Shown here in pieces: positions 24,271-38,429 of a stretch of DNA of 64,000 bases. The DNA lies in the NCBI GenBank assembly GCA_043228905.1, contig JBHGNT010000005.1:21390001-21454000 (forward strand). Reading direction: 5' to 3'. The position numbers were made by a program, and so were the translations under genes. The notes under the pieces were generated by a model. It ran no database searches, was not told the origin of the DNA, and saw only the letters and a program-made list of their open reading frames with translations. The DNA comes from Azolla caroliniana (lineage: Eukaryota > Plantae > Polypodiophyta). Position 1 is the first letter of the stretch. Every line of letters starts with the position of its first letter.

Positions 24271-27200
24271 GGTGGAAATGGAGACGGGGTTTGACTGTGT
24301 GGAAGAGTGAGGAAGAGTGATGAGGCGAGGGCGAGACAGAGGAGGAGCAACAGGAAGGGGAAGCTCGGCAGAGGGGCTATGAGAGCGAAAGAGGGCCTGA
24401 GAGCAAGAGTGTTTAGAGCGATGAGAGCAAGAAGGGGCTTCTAAGCTTGAGAGTGATGGAGGTTGGGAGCGATATTGAACTTCTGTGTATGTGCTGCGTT
24501 TTGGAAACGGTTTTAGTAACTTACTCCTAGGGTTTTGTGCCCGAAGCGAATCCTGAAGATTCCGAGTCGTGGGTGCCATTATAAGTGACTAGTGCCACGT
24601 GTCCTGAAGGTGAGTGGGGTGCTTCGAGTGCTTTGCATGTGCTTGAATAGGTACTAAATGAGAGGTGGCTAGGGGTGCTCCTAAATTGTGGGTGCCTAGG
24701 TGGGTGGTGTAGGTGTAACTAATCGACGGCTAAACTATGGTTAATCCTACCTACTTTATTAATTTCAAAAAGGTGGGTGAGTCCTTATTAAGGGGGACAC
24801 GTGGCCTCCTCCGTGGTGGTCTCCCGAAACTCGTTTGTGTCGTGTGGCTCGGTAAACGGGTTGGGTGGTGTAGTGCCTCGATATGGTCGAAGTCGGAAAC
24901 CATTGGCCCAGCTTTTGACAGTGTCGCCGGCGAGTGTGCCGAGCTAGAACATCCTGTTGAACTCATCGATAATCCAGAATGGACCGGTCCACCGAAATAT
25001 TAATTTTCCCGGCATTGACCCGAGTCGTGTTTGAAAAAGAAGAACCGGTTTGCCGATGGTGAGCTCCTTCTCCAGCCCGTTTCGATGTCGATCCACGAAA
25101 GCCTTGCGTTGTCGTTGTCATTGTTCGAGCTGTGCCATACTCTCTATCCTGTCTTCGCCGAGTTCGAGGAGTTGTTCCAGCCGGTATTGCTCGGATTGGG
25201 CCTCGGGGAGCCGTGCTTTGACTTGAACTCGGAGGCTCAGGACTTGGAACTCGACGGACATTACGGCTTCTAACCCGAACGCCATTCGAAAGGGGGTTGA
25301 TTGGATGCTTGTTTTGAAAGTCGTACGATACGCCCACAGCGCGCTCTGGAGTTTGTCATCCCAATCGGTCTTGTTTTCATTGACGATCTTCTTCAGTATG
25401 GTTTGGAGGATTTTATTGGTCGATTCCACCAAGCCGTTCGCCTGCGGGTAGTATGGTGTGCTTTTCTTGTGCACCACCGCGTAGTGGTGTGTAAGCTCAC
25501 GTATTATATGATTGATGAAGTGCCCACCTTGGTCACTAACGAGCTCAATTGGGCATCAGTAACGGCACCAAAGATGCTCATACATGAATTTAGACATGGA
25601 TGCCGCCGTGTTGTCTCGGAGTGCCTTAGCCTGGACCCATTTGGTGCAGTAGTCCGTGGCAACGATAATATACCTATTCCTTGTACGGGCCGCGGGTGGC
25701 TTGAAAGGGCCTACAAAATCCAAACCCCATTTTTGAAATGGGTCCAACGGAAGAATCGGCTGGTGTGGCATGCGTGACTATTCCATTGGTTGCCCCAATC
25801 GTTGGCACAAATCGCACTGCCAGCAAAACTCGTGAGCGTCTCTCTTCATTGTCGGCCACCACAATCCGCTTTGCCAAACCTTCCTTGCCGTGGAATCCCC
25901 GGTGTAGTGCCCCCCGACTACTCCATGGTGGGCCTCCTGAAGAATGGCATTCTTCTCGAATTGCTGAATCGCTCGGCGTCATATGCCGTCTGAGCCTTTG
26001 TGGTAGAGAATGTCCGAGACAAGGCAAAAATTCCGGCTACACACTACTAGGCGTTTTCTCGCGTCAAGGGGCATGTGCTCGGGAGGTAAACCGGTAGTGA
26101 GAAAATGGGTCATGTCCGTGATCCATTCATCTTTGTTATCGTCTGGCATCGTGGTCAGGTTAAATAGGCTGGCATCCGGTAGCTCGTCGTACGTTGTTTT
26201 CGCCGGTTCCCCTGACTCAAGACGGATCAAGTAGTCGGCGATGACGTGTTGTACCCCGGGTCAATGCTGAATCTGGAAATCAAATTCTTGGAGTAGGAGC
26301 ATCCACCGAGCCAACCGTCTGGTGAGGGCTTGTTTATGGACCAAATAAAGAAGGGCCAAGTGATCCACGTGAAAGGTAAACTTCCGGCCCAAGAGGTAAT
26401 GCCGGAATTTATTGATGCTATAAATCATACCGAGGGCCTCCCGTTCGGTGGTGGAGTAATTCTTTTCCGCGGTCGAGAGCCGTCGGCTGGCATAGTACAT
26501 GGGCCTATACCAATTCGGGGGTGTGCATTGCATCAGGGCACTTCTGATGGCGATGTCCGAAGCATCTACGAAGACATGAAACGGTTCGGACCAAACCGGA
26601 GGCTGGACCATCGGGGCATGTGAGAGCATTAGTTTCAGGGTCAAATAGGCCGTGTCCTCCATTGACGTCCATTGGAAGGGAAGGCAATGGACTGTCGCGT
26701 GTAAAGGTGTCGCGAAATCGGCCAGATGTCGTATCATTCGGTTGTGCCACCGGATCTGTCCCAAAAATCGGCTTAGTGCCTTTGCGTTCGAGGGTGCGGG
26801 GGCGGTTAGGATGGCCTTTACTTTATCCGGGTCCATAGCGATGCCTTCTTGACTGACAATGTGGCCAAGAAGGTTGCCGCTGGTGACTAAGAATGCGCAT
26901 TTCGCCGGGTTTAAGCTCAATCGAGCTTGGCGACATCGGTCCAGGCAGAGTCGTAACTAGGTCATGTGTTCCCGTCGATGGCCATACACGGCGAAATCAT
27001 CGAGAAAGACTTGCATGAACGTCGGGATGTAGTCATGAAAGATTTCGGTGATGATGCGCTGGAACGTAGCCGGCGCCGTTTTTAGACCGAACATCATTAC
27101 TTCTGCCACAAAATCACCCCATTCCGTGATGAAAGCGGTTTTCTCCTAATCCTCCAGGTGCATTCTTATCTGGTTATAGCCGCAGAACCCATCGAGGAAA

Positions 27201-30200
27201 CTGTAGCATTTGTGGCCCGCTACCGTGTCGAGGACGTTGATCGTGAAGGGGAGAGGGAAACCGTTGGTGACTGTTGCCGCGTTAAGCTTCCGATAGTCGA
27301 CGCAGACGCGGATTTTTCCGTTCTTCTTTGGGACTACTACGATCGAGCTCAACCACGTGGCCCGTTTAACAGGGCGAATGAAGCCCACTCGGAGTAGTTT
27401 GTCGATTTCCTCTTTGACTTTAGCGGCGTAGTTGGGGTTCATCCTGTAGCGCCTTTGCTGAACCGGCCGAGTGTCGGGTAAGAGGTGGATTTGATGTTGG
27501 TAGGATTGAGGATCCAACCCCTTCATATCGGTGTAAGACCAAGCGAAAACATCTTGGTAGTCGGTGAGCAATCATACGAGGGATGCCCGTTCTCCGGTTG
27601 GTAGATTATTGGCAATTTGTAATGTACGGGGATTCTCGTCCGAACTGAGGTTTATTGTTTCCAGAGTTGATGCTTTGGCTTGTTGTGAAATGGCGAGTTT
27701 GCGTTCGAAAGCATCCTGAGCATGGCGTAGCTCGGCAATTGTGGTTGGATCTGGTTCATCTTGGGGTGGTGATTCCTCTGTGACTTCCTCGTCTTTAGGT
27801 GGCTCGATGGTTGGTATGGCATTGATTTCGAAGAGAGGGATGATTGTGGGATGATCATCTAGGAAGTCATCGACCTCCTCATCGGCCAAACCGTCAAGCA
27901 TATGGACCCCTTCCGCGTATAACGGCGAAGTGTTGAGGGCCACGGGGACTCATTCTTCGGTGATGATTCGGACTTTTATCTTGCCTCTTCGGAACGAGAT
28001 CATGTTGCGTTGCCAATGCTACTTGATATTCGCTGTACGCAACCATGGTCAACCTAGTAACATTGGGTAGGCGCCTTGTGTCTCCAGTCTTAGCACGACG
28101 GCCAAGATCGTGAACATGTGGCCTTCAAGTTCGAAGTCGAGATGGCGGATTAAACCAATGGGACGAACGGAGCGGGTGTCGGCCATCCGAAGCCAAAAGG
28201 GGCATGGTTCCCATTGATTCAGGCCGAGGTTGTGACACGTTGACTCGCTAATAACATTTACGCCGGATCCGTCGTCGATGATGCATCCGTGCAGGTCTTG
28301 TCCCTTAATGATTATTCGCACGGCTGGGTTCTGAGAATCCATGAGTGGTGGACCTGTGCTTGCTTCGGTGAGGTGTACTGGTGGCGTCACGGGCTTAGTA
28401 TTGGCCTGGAGTGCCGCCAGGGTGTCATGAAATCTCGGCATGAGTGGTAACGGTTTATGTAGGGGCAACGAGATGCGAGAGTTGGTAAGAACATCCTATA
28501 GTTGGTCGTCCTTCGACGACGTGGATGGTACCGAGGTTTGTGGTGCTTCGCTAGGCACGTCTCTCATGTCAGTTTGCATGTGCACGACATTCTTTTTATT
28601 GGCCTTGTCGATCCATTCTTTTGTTGCCTGACGGACTTCATCCTGGATTTGCCACTGTATGGTCTGCACTTTACTCCGGTTAGTGACGGTTTGAACATCG
28701 GCCATGATACTGTTCCCTGCAGGTGCTTTGCCACGATCGGTTGTTGGGCATTGCGTGGCATAGTGGCCGAGTTGGTTACATTTAAAACACGTAACGTTGG
28801 TCAAGTTGCTGATGTCAACCCGGTCTGTGTGTGGGAGCTGTTGCGGTTGATTCCTTGTCTCGTTTGGTGGCGAGTTGGTCCGAGGTGCATTGGTGTTCCG
28901 CTAGTCGTTTGGAGGAGCATCTCGTCAGCGGTTGTCGTTGTTCCTTCTATTGTTGCGTGAGTTGCGGTTTCCGTTTCGCCGATCGTTATGTGAGTTCCTC
29001 CGATCATACCTATCATCCCGATCATTGTTGTAACGATCATAATCGTCGTTCCGGTCGTCGCGATAGCAATCCCGGCGGTCATCTCGACGGTAATCGTCGT
29101 CCTGGCGTCGTCTATCCGGTGATCATGGGCGATCGTTATCGTTGTCTTGATAGGAATTACGCTCATCTTGTCGAGAGTACGTGTTCCTGGGCTCAATCTG
29201 GCGAACTGGTGCGGTCGTGGTGCGATTGACCATGTTGTACTCGCATTGTTCGACGGTGTGAGATCGTGATTGGCAAATTGGACACTGTGGGCGATGAGGA
29301 CATTCGAGAGCCAGGTGACCCGAGCCTAAACAGATCATGCATTGGAGGGCTTGGTGAAAGCGGTTGTCCTCCTGTGGAAGGGCATTCTGTAGGGAGGTCA
29401 TAGAGAAGGCCGCGCCGTGTTGGGATCGATCGAGGGCTAGGACTCGCGTTATGACTTCCTCGATAGTTTGGTTGGCAAAATTTGTAAGTGCGAGAGTTGT
29501 TCGGAGAGGCTCTCCTAAACTGGACAGGAAAGTGTCTGGTATATGTTGTGCTGAGACATCGTCGGCCACTTCTCGGTAGAGATCCTGGAACCGGATAGTG
29601 AACTGCGCAACCATTTCGTGCGGTTCTTGGCATATCGAGAAGAATTGTCGGAGCAGTTCCCGTTTGGGCACCTCGCGATGAAAGAGTTCAAGGAACTTTG
29701 TGCGCACGATTTGGAAGGTGGTTCCCTCTCCTAGTTCAAGGCGAGAGTACCATCGTGCGGTCGGTCCATCGAGGGAGAGTGTGAACTCGGCAATCTTTGA
29801 GGCATCGATTTCGGTCTGCGTGAGGCGGTGAGTTGAGTGGTTGGCTTGCCACGTAGATATGAAGGCACGGATGTGTGACTCCGTGTCTGGTCCGTCGGTG
29901 TAACATGGGTATGGGTACGACATGATGTACTCCGGGTCTTCTAGTAGCACCGGGAAAAGGTTTAGTTCTAGTTGAGTGACCTCCGGAGGGCTTGGCGGGG
30001 GTTGTGGTGGGGAATCAACTCTCGATTGAGTGTCCAGTGGCGAGGATTGCACTGGGGGAGCCTCCGATTGCTCGGGAAAGGATTGGTCAGTGACCGCCGA
30101 GTCGGAAGTTCCTTCAACTGGCTCAGGGTGTCAGGCAGGTGGCTGAGACCTTGTGGTGCGAGAGGGCGCCGTAATGGCGGCTAGTGGTTACCTTCAACGA

Positions 30201-30747
30201 AGTTCGTTGTGCACTCACATCTGTAACCGGGCGTGCCGAATTGTGTAACCCGTTCCTTTGGGTGACACCTTCGATAGACCTGAGGTTATCGGTAGCAAAG
30301 GATGTGTTACGTGAAGGCTCGTAAACAGAGGCGTCGTGAGGTAGAAAATAATCCGAGATGGAACACTAGTGAGATCTTGATAGGCGTGGATGACTCTTAA
30401 TTCAGAAATACGAGAGAAAACACAGACTCATGGAGCAAGATGGGCACAATAACAGATATGTATTAATGCGACAGCAAAAGGGTTACAGAGCACGGCCTAC
30501 GGCCGGTGACCTTACAATAGTATCTAATTACGATGGAATTTGCTAGTGCTTCCACCTATCCTTTTTTTTCTCTCTCCCCCATCTGAGGTACTCGACCTTG
30601 TTTAAATAACGTTTCCCCTAATACATAGTCCAGCCGTCGGTGGCCCGTGATACTCAGACTCGGTGCTCGTTGGCGTTCTTTCCTACTCGGTTACACTACC
30701 GCCGTTTGCTAATTTCCTAATTTTACATTTCTGTCCTCTGGACAACA
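22321..30747 (-). mobile_element. Athila-like non-chromovirus Ty3/Gypsy, 3' LTR missing
   Basis: Probable 5' LTR ~30242-30747 followed by a PBS-like GGCACGCCCGGT. Order gag (29123-30052, CCHC knuckles), protease (IIDDGSGVN), RT (VCVDYRKLN, FLDDF), RNase H (VDASD, ERE), integrase (GLDFVGP, PYYPQANG). Many stops and frameshifts. Confidence 0.92.
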
Positions 30748-31812
30748 TCAGTCATGGGATAATCGAGTATGCAACTACTACAAGAAACCCGAACACATCA
30801 AAGCCGATTGTTGTGCTCTCAAGACCAAAAACGACAAGGCTCAGCGAGCCGACAAGAAGAGTGGCTTGCACGAGGAGATCAACTACGTCAGTTCTTCAGC
30901 TGACGTACTATCAAACAACCCGATCATACTCTCAATCGAAAATCCAGTCGGATCAGAAGTTCTACTTACGACTGAAGAATCAAGCACATGGCTCTTAGAT
31001 TCGGGTGCATCATTTCATGTAACTCCTCATCGATCCCAATTTCAGCAATACATGGCCCGACATTCCGAATCAATTCGAGTAGGAAATTCGCAACACTGCG
31101 ATATAATTGGAATCGGCACGGTAGAGCTCCACCTTGCGAGTGGTTCTACATTGGTGCTACGCAATGTCCGACATGTACCTGAACTCTCACAACCGCTGAT
31201 CTCAGTCAGACAATTGGATGAAGATGGCATTCGCGCCGGTTTCTCATGAGGGTGGACACTCCACAGGGGAAACCTCCTACTTGCTAAAGGACCGAAGATA
31301 CATTCACTGTATCCACTGTTACGCTTAGGGAGGGTAGCCTGTTTTTGGTTGACATTCCCGTGTCATCACTATAGCACGAACAACTCGGACACCTCAGCAA
31401 GGCCAGCATCACGCACTTATCTAGAGCCAGTTACATCCCTAAACTCTCCTTCTCACATCATCAATTCTGCGAGCACTGTCAATATGGCAAACAAATAGCC
31501 ACGACACACCCTTCTTCAGCCTTGAGAGAATCGAGCCCGCTCGATTTGGTTCACTCAGATGTCTGTGGCCCTATGCCACATCAGTCACTCGGTGGTGCTT
31601 TTTATTTTGTCAGCTTCATTGACAACTCGACTAGGAAGGTGTGGGCTTATCCAATTAGAACCAAAGATCGTGTCTTCTCGATCTTCTCTGATTGGCTCGC
31701 TATGGTAGAGAATCAGTCTGGTCGAAAACTGAAATGTTTTCAGACCGATAATGGGGGAGAGTTCAAATCAGAAGAATTTGTCAAATTTTGCCGAAAACAC
31801 AGCATACGACGT

Positions 31813-32528
31813 TGTCGCGTTGTTACGCACATGCGTGGAGAAGGGCGGGACCACAGGGGTTTCGGACTAGGGAGAAAAGGAGTGCCGAGAAACCGACTCC
31901 GAACGCGTTCTAGAGGCAACCGAACACAAGAGAGAGAGACAAAGGAGAGGGAGAGCGTGCTCACGACACCGACTCTTATGCATAGGAAGCAAGGGGTTGT
32001 GCTTCCAACACCACCAAATACACTGATATGCACAGACAGACACAAATATGTATATTACAAGGGAAAGAATACATCCCCTTCGAGTTGGACCAAGGTAGGT
32101 TATGTTACAACAGCAGTCTGTCGCCAAGCCGCCGTCGGGGAGCTCTCGGGCTCGTCTCTCCTAGCGGGGTCTTGCAAAGGAGGCCGAGCAGAAGTGGAGC
32201 CCCACCGAACATCCAAGCTCTTCACCTGGCTAAAACCCTAAACAGACACAAAGAAGAAGACCTCAAAGAACTCTAAAGTAAGAAGAAGAAGAACTAACAG
32301 ACCTTCGACCTAAGTGGTATACCCTCCTAACTCAAAATGGGCAACCCCTTCATCAGTGACCCCTCCCTTCCTTTTATAGCCCAAGGAGGGAGGGACCTTA
32401 CAATGTGGGATAAAATTTCCCCTCTTATTTCTATACACCATTTCCTAGTATACATGTGCACATGTTGCAGACCACCGACTTGCCCATTCCACCCTGATTT
32501 CACACAGTAGCCGGAAATCTTCACGACA
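31813..32528. mobile_element. Solo LTR (716 bp) inserted in the Copia integrase
   Basis: Termini TGTCG...CGACA; ACGT duplicated at 31809-31812 and 32529-32532. Removing the insert restores the integrase frame HSIRR-EFTAPHSPE. Confidence 0.88.
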
Positions 32529-35105
32529 ACGTGAATTTACGGCACCACATAGTCCGGAGTAGAATGGAATTGTCGAACGAATGAATTGGACATTTCAAGA
32601 AAGGATAGTTTCCATGCTCTAACACTCCAGGCTGTCGGATGGCTTCTGGGCAGAGGCCCTACTTACCGTAGTACCCATAATCAATATGTCGCCGAGTACG
32701 CCTCTAAGACTTTGGGTACCTCAGGAATTATGGACCGGCAATAAGCTGAATTACGATAAGCTGAGGATTTTCGGATGTGAGGCATATGCCCTCATCCCGA
32801 AAGGTGATCGCCGCAAACTTGCACCACGGTCCAGGAAATGTATTTTCCTTGGTTATGGATCAGATGGCGAAATGGGATACCGAATCTGGGACCCCGAACA
32901 CAGACAAATTGTTTGAAGTTCGGATGTAGTGTTGAATGAGTCGGTTATGAATCAATCGGTCGAAAAACCGATCGAAATCCAAAGGGTAACTTTTTCTAAT
33001 GTGCCAACCCTTTAGGAAAGTCCAGCGCACAACACACGATCAACTTCACGGGTAGTTGAACCCCCTAACACCGACTCGGAGAATTCCGACTCGGTAGAGC
33101 CGAACGATTCAGCTTTGGATCATCCAACCACGACACCCGATGCGACCAGTCTAGTCATACCTCGAAGATCCGAGAGACTGTCGCAACCCCCGAAGAGATA
33201 CTCTCTTAGTATCTTCTTCACAAATGTTGAAGAATTGACGTCATACGAAGAAGCTTCGGCATCAGCCGAATCAGCCACCTGGCATCTAGCAATGGAGTCA
33301 GAAATGAACTCTATTCGTATGAACAACACTTGGGACTTGGTCGAACTCCCGAAAAATCGACGTGCTCTTCCGTGTAAGTGGGTCTATCTAATTAAGGAGA
33401 CGTCTAATTCGGCAAGCCCGAAGTTCAAGGCCATATTAGTAGCCAAGGTTTTTCGACAAGAACACAACGTCGATTTCGACGAAATCTTTTCACCAGTGGT
33501 GAAAATGACAACCCTTCGCTTTATGCTCGGCGTAGTGGCAGCCGAAAACATGGAGCTGATTCAGCTAGATGTCAGAACGGCTTTCCTCCATGGTGATCTT
33601 GAGAAGGAAATTTATATGGAGCAACCGAAAGGCTTTGTGGTACCCGGCCAAGAACATCTAGTCTGCCGACTCAGGAAGAGTCTCTACGGCCTAAAACAAG
33701 CGCCCTGACAGTGGTATAAGAAGTTCGACGACTTCATCCAATCGATCGGCTTCTCAAAGAGCGATGAGGACCACTGTATTTTCACGAAAACAGCTCGAGA
33801 TGGATCACCCATCTTTCTCATCATCTACGGCTAATTTCTGGACGCCATGCAGGCAAACTAGCCAAATTCATTCGGCAACTGCGGTTGAAGTTCGCCATGA
33901 AGGATCTCAGTCTGGCATGACACATTCTTGGCATGAAGATACATCGGAATCGTAATCGACGACAATAGTTTCTGTCTCAATCTGACTACATTGGACGTGT
34001 CCTCGAACGCTTCAACATGCGATCAACGAAATCTGCCTCTACCCCGCTCCCTATTAATTCTCGGTTGTCTCGTCGAGACTGCCCGACATCCGGTCCGGAG
34101 GGGGAAATTATGAAGTCGGTACCGTATGCACCGGCAGTCAGCTCCCTCATGTACGCGATGGTCGCGACACAGCCTGATATAGCTCACGTCGTTGGAGTCG
34201 TCAGCAGATTTATGCATAACCCCGGTCGATCGCATTGGAACGCAGTTAAGCATGTGTTCAAATATCTAGCGGGCACAAAAGACCTTGGTATTCTGTTCGG
34301 ACCGAATGACAACTCAGCTGTAGTCGGATATACCGACTCTGACTTCGCAAGCTCCATAGACAACTGAAAATCAACAATCTGATATTGTTTCAAACTTGGA
34401 AACAGGGTCATCTCATGGAAATCCAAACTTCAGGAATGCACAGCCACATCAACGACCAAAGCCGAATACGTAGCTGCTTCCGATGCGACGAAAGAGGCCT
34501 TATGGCTCAGTCGGCTGGCCTGCACATTTCGACAAGCTGAAATCGGCTCGACTCCGATTGTTTATAGCGATAGTCAGGGTGTTGTTGCTCTGTCAAAAAA
34601 TCCGGTTCAGCATAACACCTCCAAGCATATCGACGTTCGATATCACTTCGTTCGGGACTGCGTCATTTCAAGGAAAATCGGCCTTGCGAAGATATCTACA
34701 GCCGATAATATTGCGAACGCAATGACCAAGTGTCTCTCAGCAGATCGATTTTGATCTCTTAGACAACACATGGGCGTAATGGAGAATCGATTCGATTAAA
34801 TCGAACAATTGCGATCCTTTTTCGGACACCAGACTTCGATTGTTCAAAGCCTTGTATCAATCTATATTATATACTCGTTTCGAGTATAAGTTTAATATGT
34901 ATACGCCCATTATGGGGGAGTGTTGAATACGGGTGTCTAATGGACGTATTCACATTGTCTCCTTTTGTACACACTAGGCTTAGACTATTTATGTAAATAT
35001 TGAGAAGGGCAGTTGCCCTAAGTTAGTCAGTATATAAACTAACTTTGTAACCTAGTTAAATGTTGTTGTTGTTGCTCTTTGTTCTATTGCCTAATAAACA
35101 ACCAA

Positions 35106-35114
35106 TTTGTTGTG

Positions 35115-35165
<51 letters not shown>
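35106..35165 (+). repeat. (CT)n microsatellite within the Copia 3' LTR
   Basis: Run of TC dinucleotides at ~35119-35163. Confidence 0.9.
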
Positions 35166-35300
35166 CGTGTTCTGCAACATCTTGTTTAATGTTTCCATCT
35201 GCCATTGATATTTCCGTCTACATACACCACTCCATGATCATCATATAGAAGAGTTTCGCTTAAGTTCCGCATTCGAAGGCGGCCCTTTCCCAACACCGAT

Positions 35301-35831
35301 TGTCAAGCACAAAGTGGAAATGAAAGAATAGAAAATGAATACACAAACGAGAGGACACACGATGTTTACGTGGAAACCCTGAAAGGGGAAAACCACCGGA
35401 GATCATAGACTCTGAAACAGAATCACTATATATAAAGGAAATACACAAATAAGAATCTCAAAGGCAACGACCTTGAGTTCTTCTTCGTCTGACACATGAC
35501 TACAAAGTTACAACTCTCTCACACACTCTCTCTAGCACGAGCTATCAAAGGCCACTACACACAGTAACTATGCACAACAATGATTCATCATACTTACTAA
35601 CTACTTGCCCTAACTATATTTATACTCATATACGCAATATGAGCTATTTACAAATAAAGCCCATTAAGGGCACATTGAGGCTATTTACTATTATAGCCCC
35701 GAGTCGACTTCGACCGATCCGGATATTAGCCGAATCGATTATTACCCGATTGTTAGCCTCAACCGAATCAGGAATTGGTCAATTATTTGTCCTCCACCGA
35801 GTCGTTGTCGACCGATACCTGTTTCCTAACA
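35301..35831 (-). mobile_element. Probable Copia-type solo or truncated LTR
   Basis: TG..AACA termini and a GTTTACGTGGAAACCC motif typical of antisense Copia U5 ends; no matching TSD. Confidence 0.5.
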
Positions 35832-36817
35832 TAATCTATGTGAAGAAGATTAAGAACCTAAAGCAATCTTAAAACTACAAGTGCACAATGGAAATACAAT
35901 GTTTTTGATCAACTAGAAAGGGCAACCACTTTCGAAAGGCACATGGATCTCTGAAGGAAGCTTCTTTTGTTCGGATGCCACATTATTGTCAGAGCACCAT
36001 ATCTATAATTAGTAGTAGAATGATAAGGGGTGAGACGTTGCCAATTGCATCAATATGGTAAGACCACTTTTGCCATTGTTTTATCTCTTTCTCATTATGT
36101 TTTTATATTATTGGGCCATGTCATTACAATAATGTCTCACTTTCGAGGAAGAAACTCTTCACCTCGTTGGAGAGTATAGCAATTAGGATTAAAGAAACTA
36201 CGGGAAGAGTTATTGGGAGTAGTTAAAGATATTAGTGGGTTGAGTAGTTGAGTGGATTGTTATTTAAGTGGATTGTGTGCACAAAGGAGAGAAGCCTATT
36301 TCTGGAAATTAAAGGAATGTGCCCATGTAATACTTTCTTTAATATCAAAATACCCTTTTTGTATTTTTTGGAATACCCGTCTTCATAATTTCCTTCTTCC
36401 TTTAGTGTCTATTGTAATATAAGCACTCTCTTAGTTTTCAATTTCATCATTCTCTTTCATGTTCTTACAGGCCATCTTAGTCCTTTAAAATACATTAATA
36501 TAGCACTTTCTCTCTTTATCTCTCTCTAGTGATAGGCAATTAGTGTTAAGAGATGAGAATCGATCGTTATTTAAAGGCAACTGTACAAAAGTAAAAAATT
36601 AAGATAATAACGAGCCCTATCTCTCTCACACACACATAACCACAATGTGCACTCTCGATTGCAGCATTCATTGGTAAAGTTCTTGAACATCGAGAGTCAT
36701 TACTCACTTTCACATATATCACGTGAAATGTAATATTTTTGGTCTTATATGTCATATTTGACCTCCGAAGACGATAATAGAATCTATCTATCTACCTAGT
36801 ATCTCTATGGTACAAAT

Positions 36818-37340
36818 GACCAAAGAGATTTTACCCATTCCAATTATAGAAGAGGTTACAAAAGTGGTGCATCGAGTGCAACCAACAACCTCGCCCATCC
36901 CAATTCTAGAGGAAGTTACAAAAAGTGGTGAATAACGAGCACACACACACACACACTCTCTCTCTCTCTCTCTTGGTGCACTCGACCAAAGAGATTTTAA
37001 CCATTCCAATTATAGAAGAGGTTACAAAAGTGGTGCATTGAATGCAACAACCTCACCTATCCCAACTCTAGAAGATATTACAAAAGTGGTGCATCGAGTG
37101 CAACCAACAACCTCGCCCATCCCAATTCTAGAAGAAGTTACAAAAAGTGGTGAATAACGAGCACACACACACACACACACACACACACTCTCTCTCTCTC
37201 TTGGTGCACTCGACCAAAGAGATTTTAACCATTCCAATTATAGAAGAGGTTACAAAAGTGGTGCATTGAATGCAACAACCTCACCTATCCCAACTCTAAA
37301 AGAGATTACAAAAAAGTGGTGCATTGAATGCAACAACATT
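36818..37340 (+). repeat. Compound tandem repeat (units ~170-230 bp with (CA)n(CT)n)
   Basis: GACCAAAGAGATTTT...CCAATTATAGAAGAGGTTACAAAAGTGGTGCAT recurs at ~36818, ~36985 and ~37213, with ~60-bp subrepeats. Confidence 0.9.
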
Positions 37341-37690
37341 ACATCCATTGATTCCTAGTATTCTAATTTCTGACCAATATCTCGTTTCAAAGCACATGGT
37401 ACAAAGTACACTCAATATATCTCTTTCTCAAAGGACTTCCATTTTTCAAAAACACATGTACGAACCTCCCTACCTAACTCTTAATGTTCTTGGAGTAAAT
37501 ATATCATCTATATTCTCCATATCTAACTCTGATGTTTTCTCTCATTGCATATCATGAGATTGTTTGCCTTGTGACCATGGTATTTACACCTTGTCAAAGG
37601 GGCCACAAACACTACCTAGATTTCTGTGTTTCTCCTAAACCGTAATATCACATACACCATCTCCTGAGAATACTATCCAATCCATCCATC

Positions 37691-38346
37691 ATGAACCTTG
37701 CTGACCTTAAGCTATTTCATCTCCCTACCAATTCTCCCAGCAGTAAGGCTGCCCTGCTAGGATTCTGTGTCCTTGCTGCCCTCAACTTCACCTTCAAGAG
37801 CTTCCACTTAGATGATGCCCCTGTGGCTGCCTCTTCCAGCCATGTCTCTCATCCAATCAGCAGCCCAACAAACTCTGGTGTACTATTTCTTCTTCTTCAT
37901 CACCATTGTTATTATCATCAATCCATTACTGATGTGATAGCTACCACATATGCATGTCATGTAAATTGATTGTCATCATGGGATTGATTGTCTTGTCCTG
38001 TTTGCCTATGCATTCCATACATACAGGTGGTCGCGAAGAAGGAGGAGACAAAGATCAGCATCGATGGGAGCTCCTCTTGTCCATGTGGGATGATTTCATG
38101 GAGAATGACAAGAGAACAAATCCTCATCCTCACCATAGCACCTTGTTCCCGAAGCCTCCATCCTGGCAGATTTGTAGCAAGAAGGCGGCACACGACAAGG
38201 CACTAGACATGCGTGGTAGCAATGGATCTCTTCCGCCATGGTCTCTCTGGAAAGGAAACCTCGTAGATGTCGAGGAGGACTCTCTACGCAGCCGATTTGA
38301 TTATATAGACCTCGAAGATTCGAGAATTTCTACTAGACCACCATGG
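37691..38346 (+). CDS. Exons 1-2 (37691-37877, 38027-38346) of an At3g26950-like type II membrane, GT23-like glycosyltransferase gene, copy 2
   Basis: ATG and a hydrophobic anchor (AALLGFCVLAALNF); phase-1 intron GT(37878)...CAG(38026); exon 2 FPKPP.W..C...LDMRGSNGSLPPWSLWKG...PPW then a GT donor at 38347. The family call is recalled from motifs, not searched. Confidence 0.7.
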
Positions 38347-38392
38347 GTATAACAGCTTGTGTGCAGCTTGTATATTTATATGTATATGTATA

Positions 38393-38429
<37 letters not shown>

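Larger units (their letters stand above)
30750..35295 (+). mobile_element. 3' part of a Tnt1/Tork-like Ty1/Copia (knuckle, PR, IN, RT, RH, 3' LTR), degenerate
   Basis: WLLDSGASFHV; LDLVHSDVCGPM; TDNGGEF; QLDVRTAFLHGDL; KSLYGLKQAP; GYTDSDFA; KHIDVRYHF. PPT GGGGGAG at 34914-34920; LTR 34921-35295 (TGTTG..CAACA). Confidence 0.93.
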
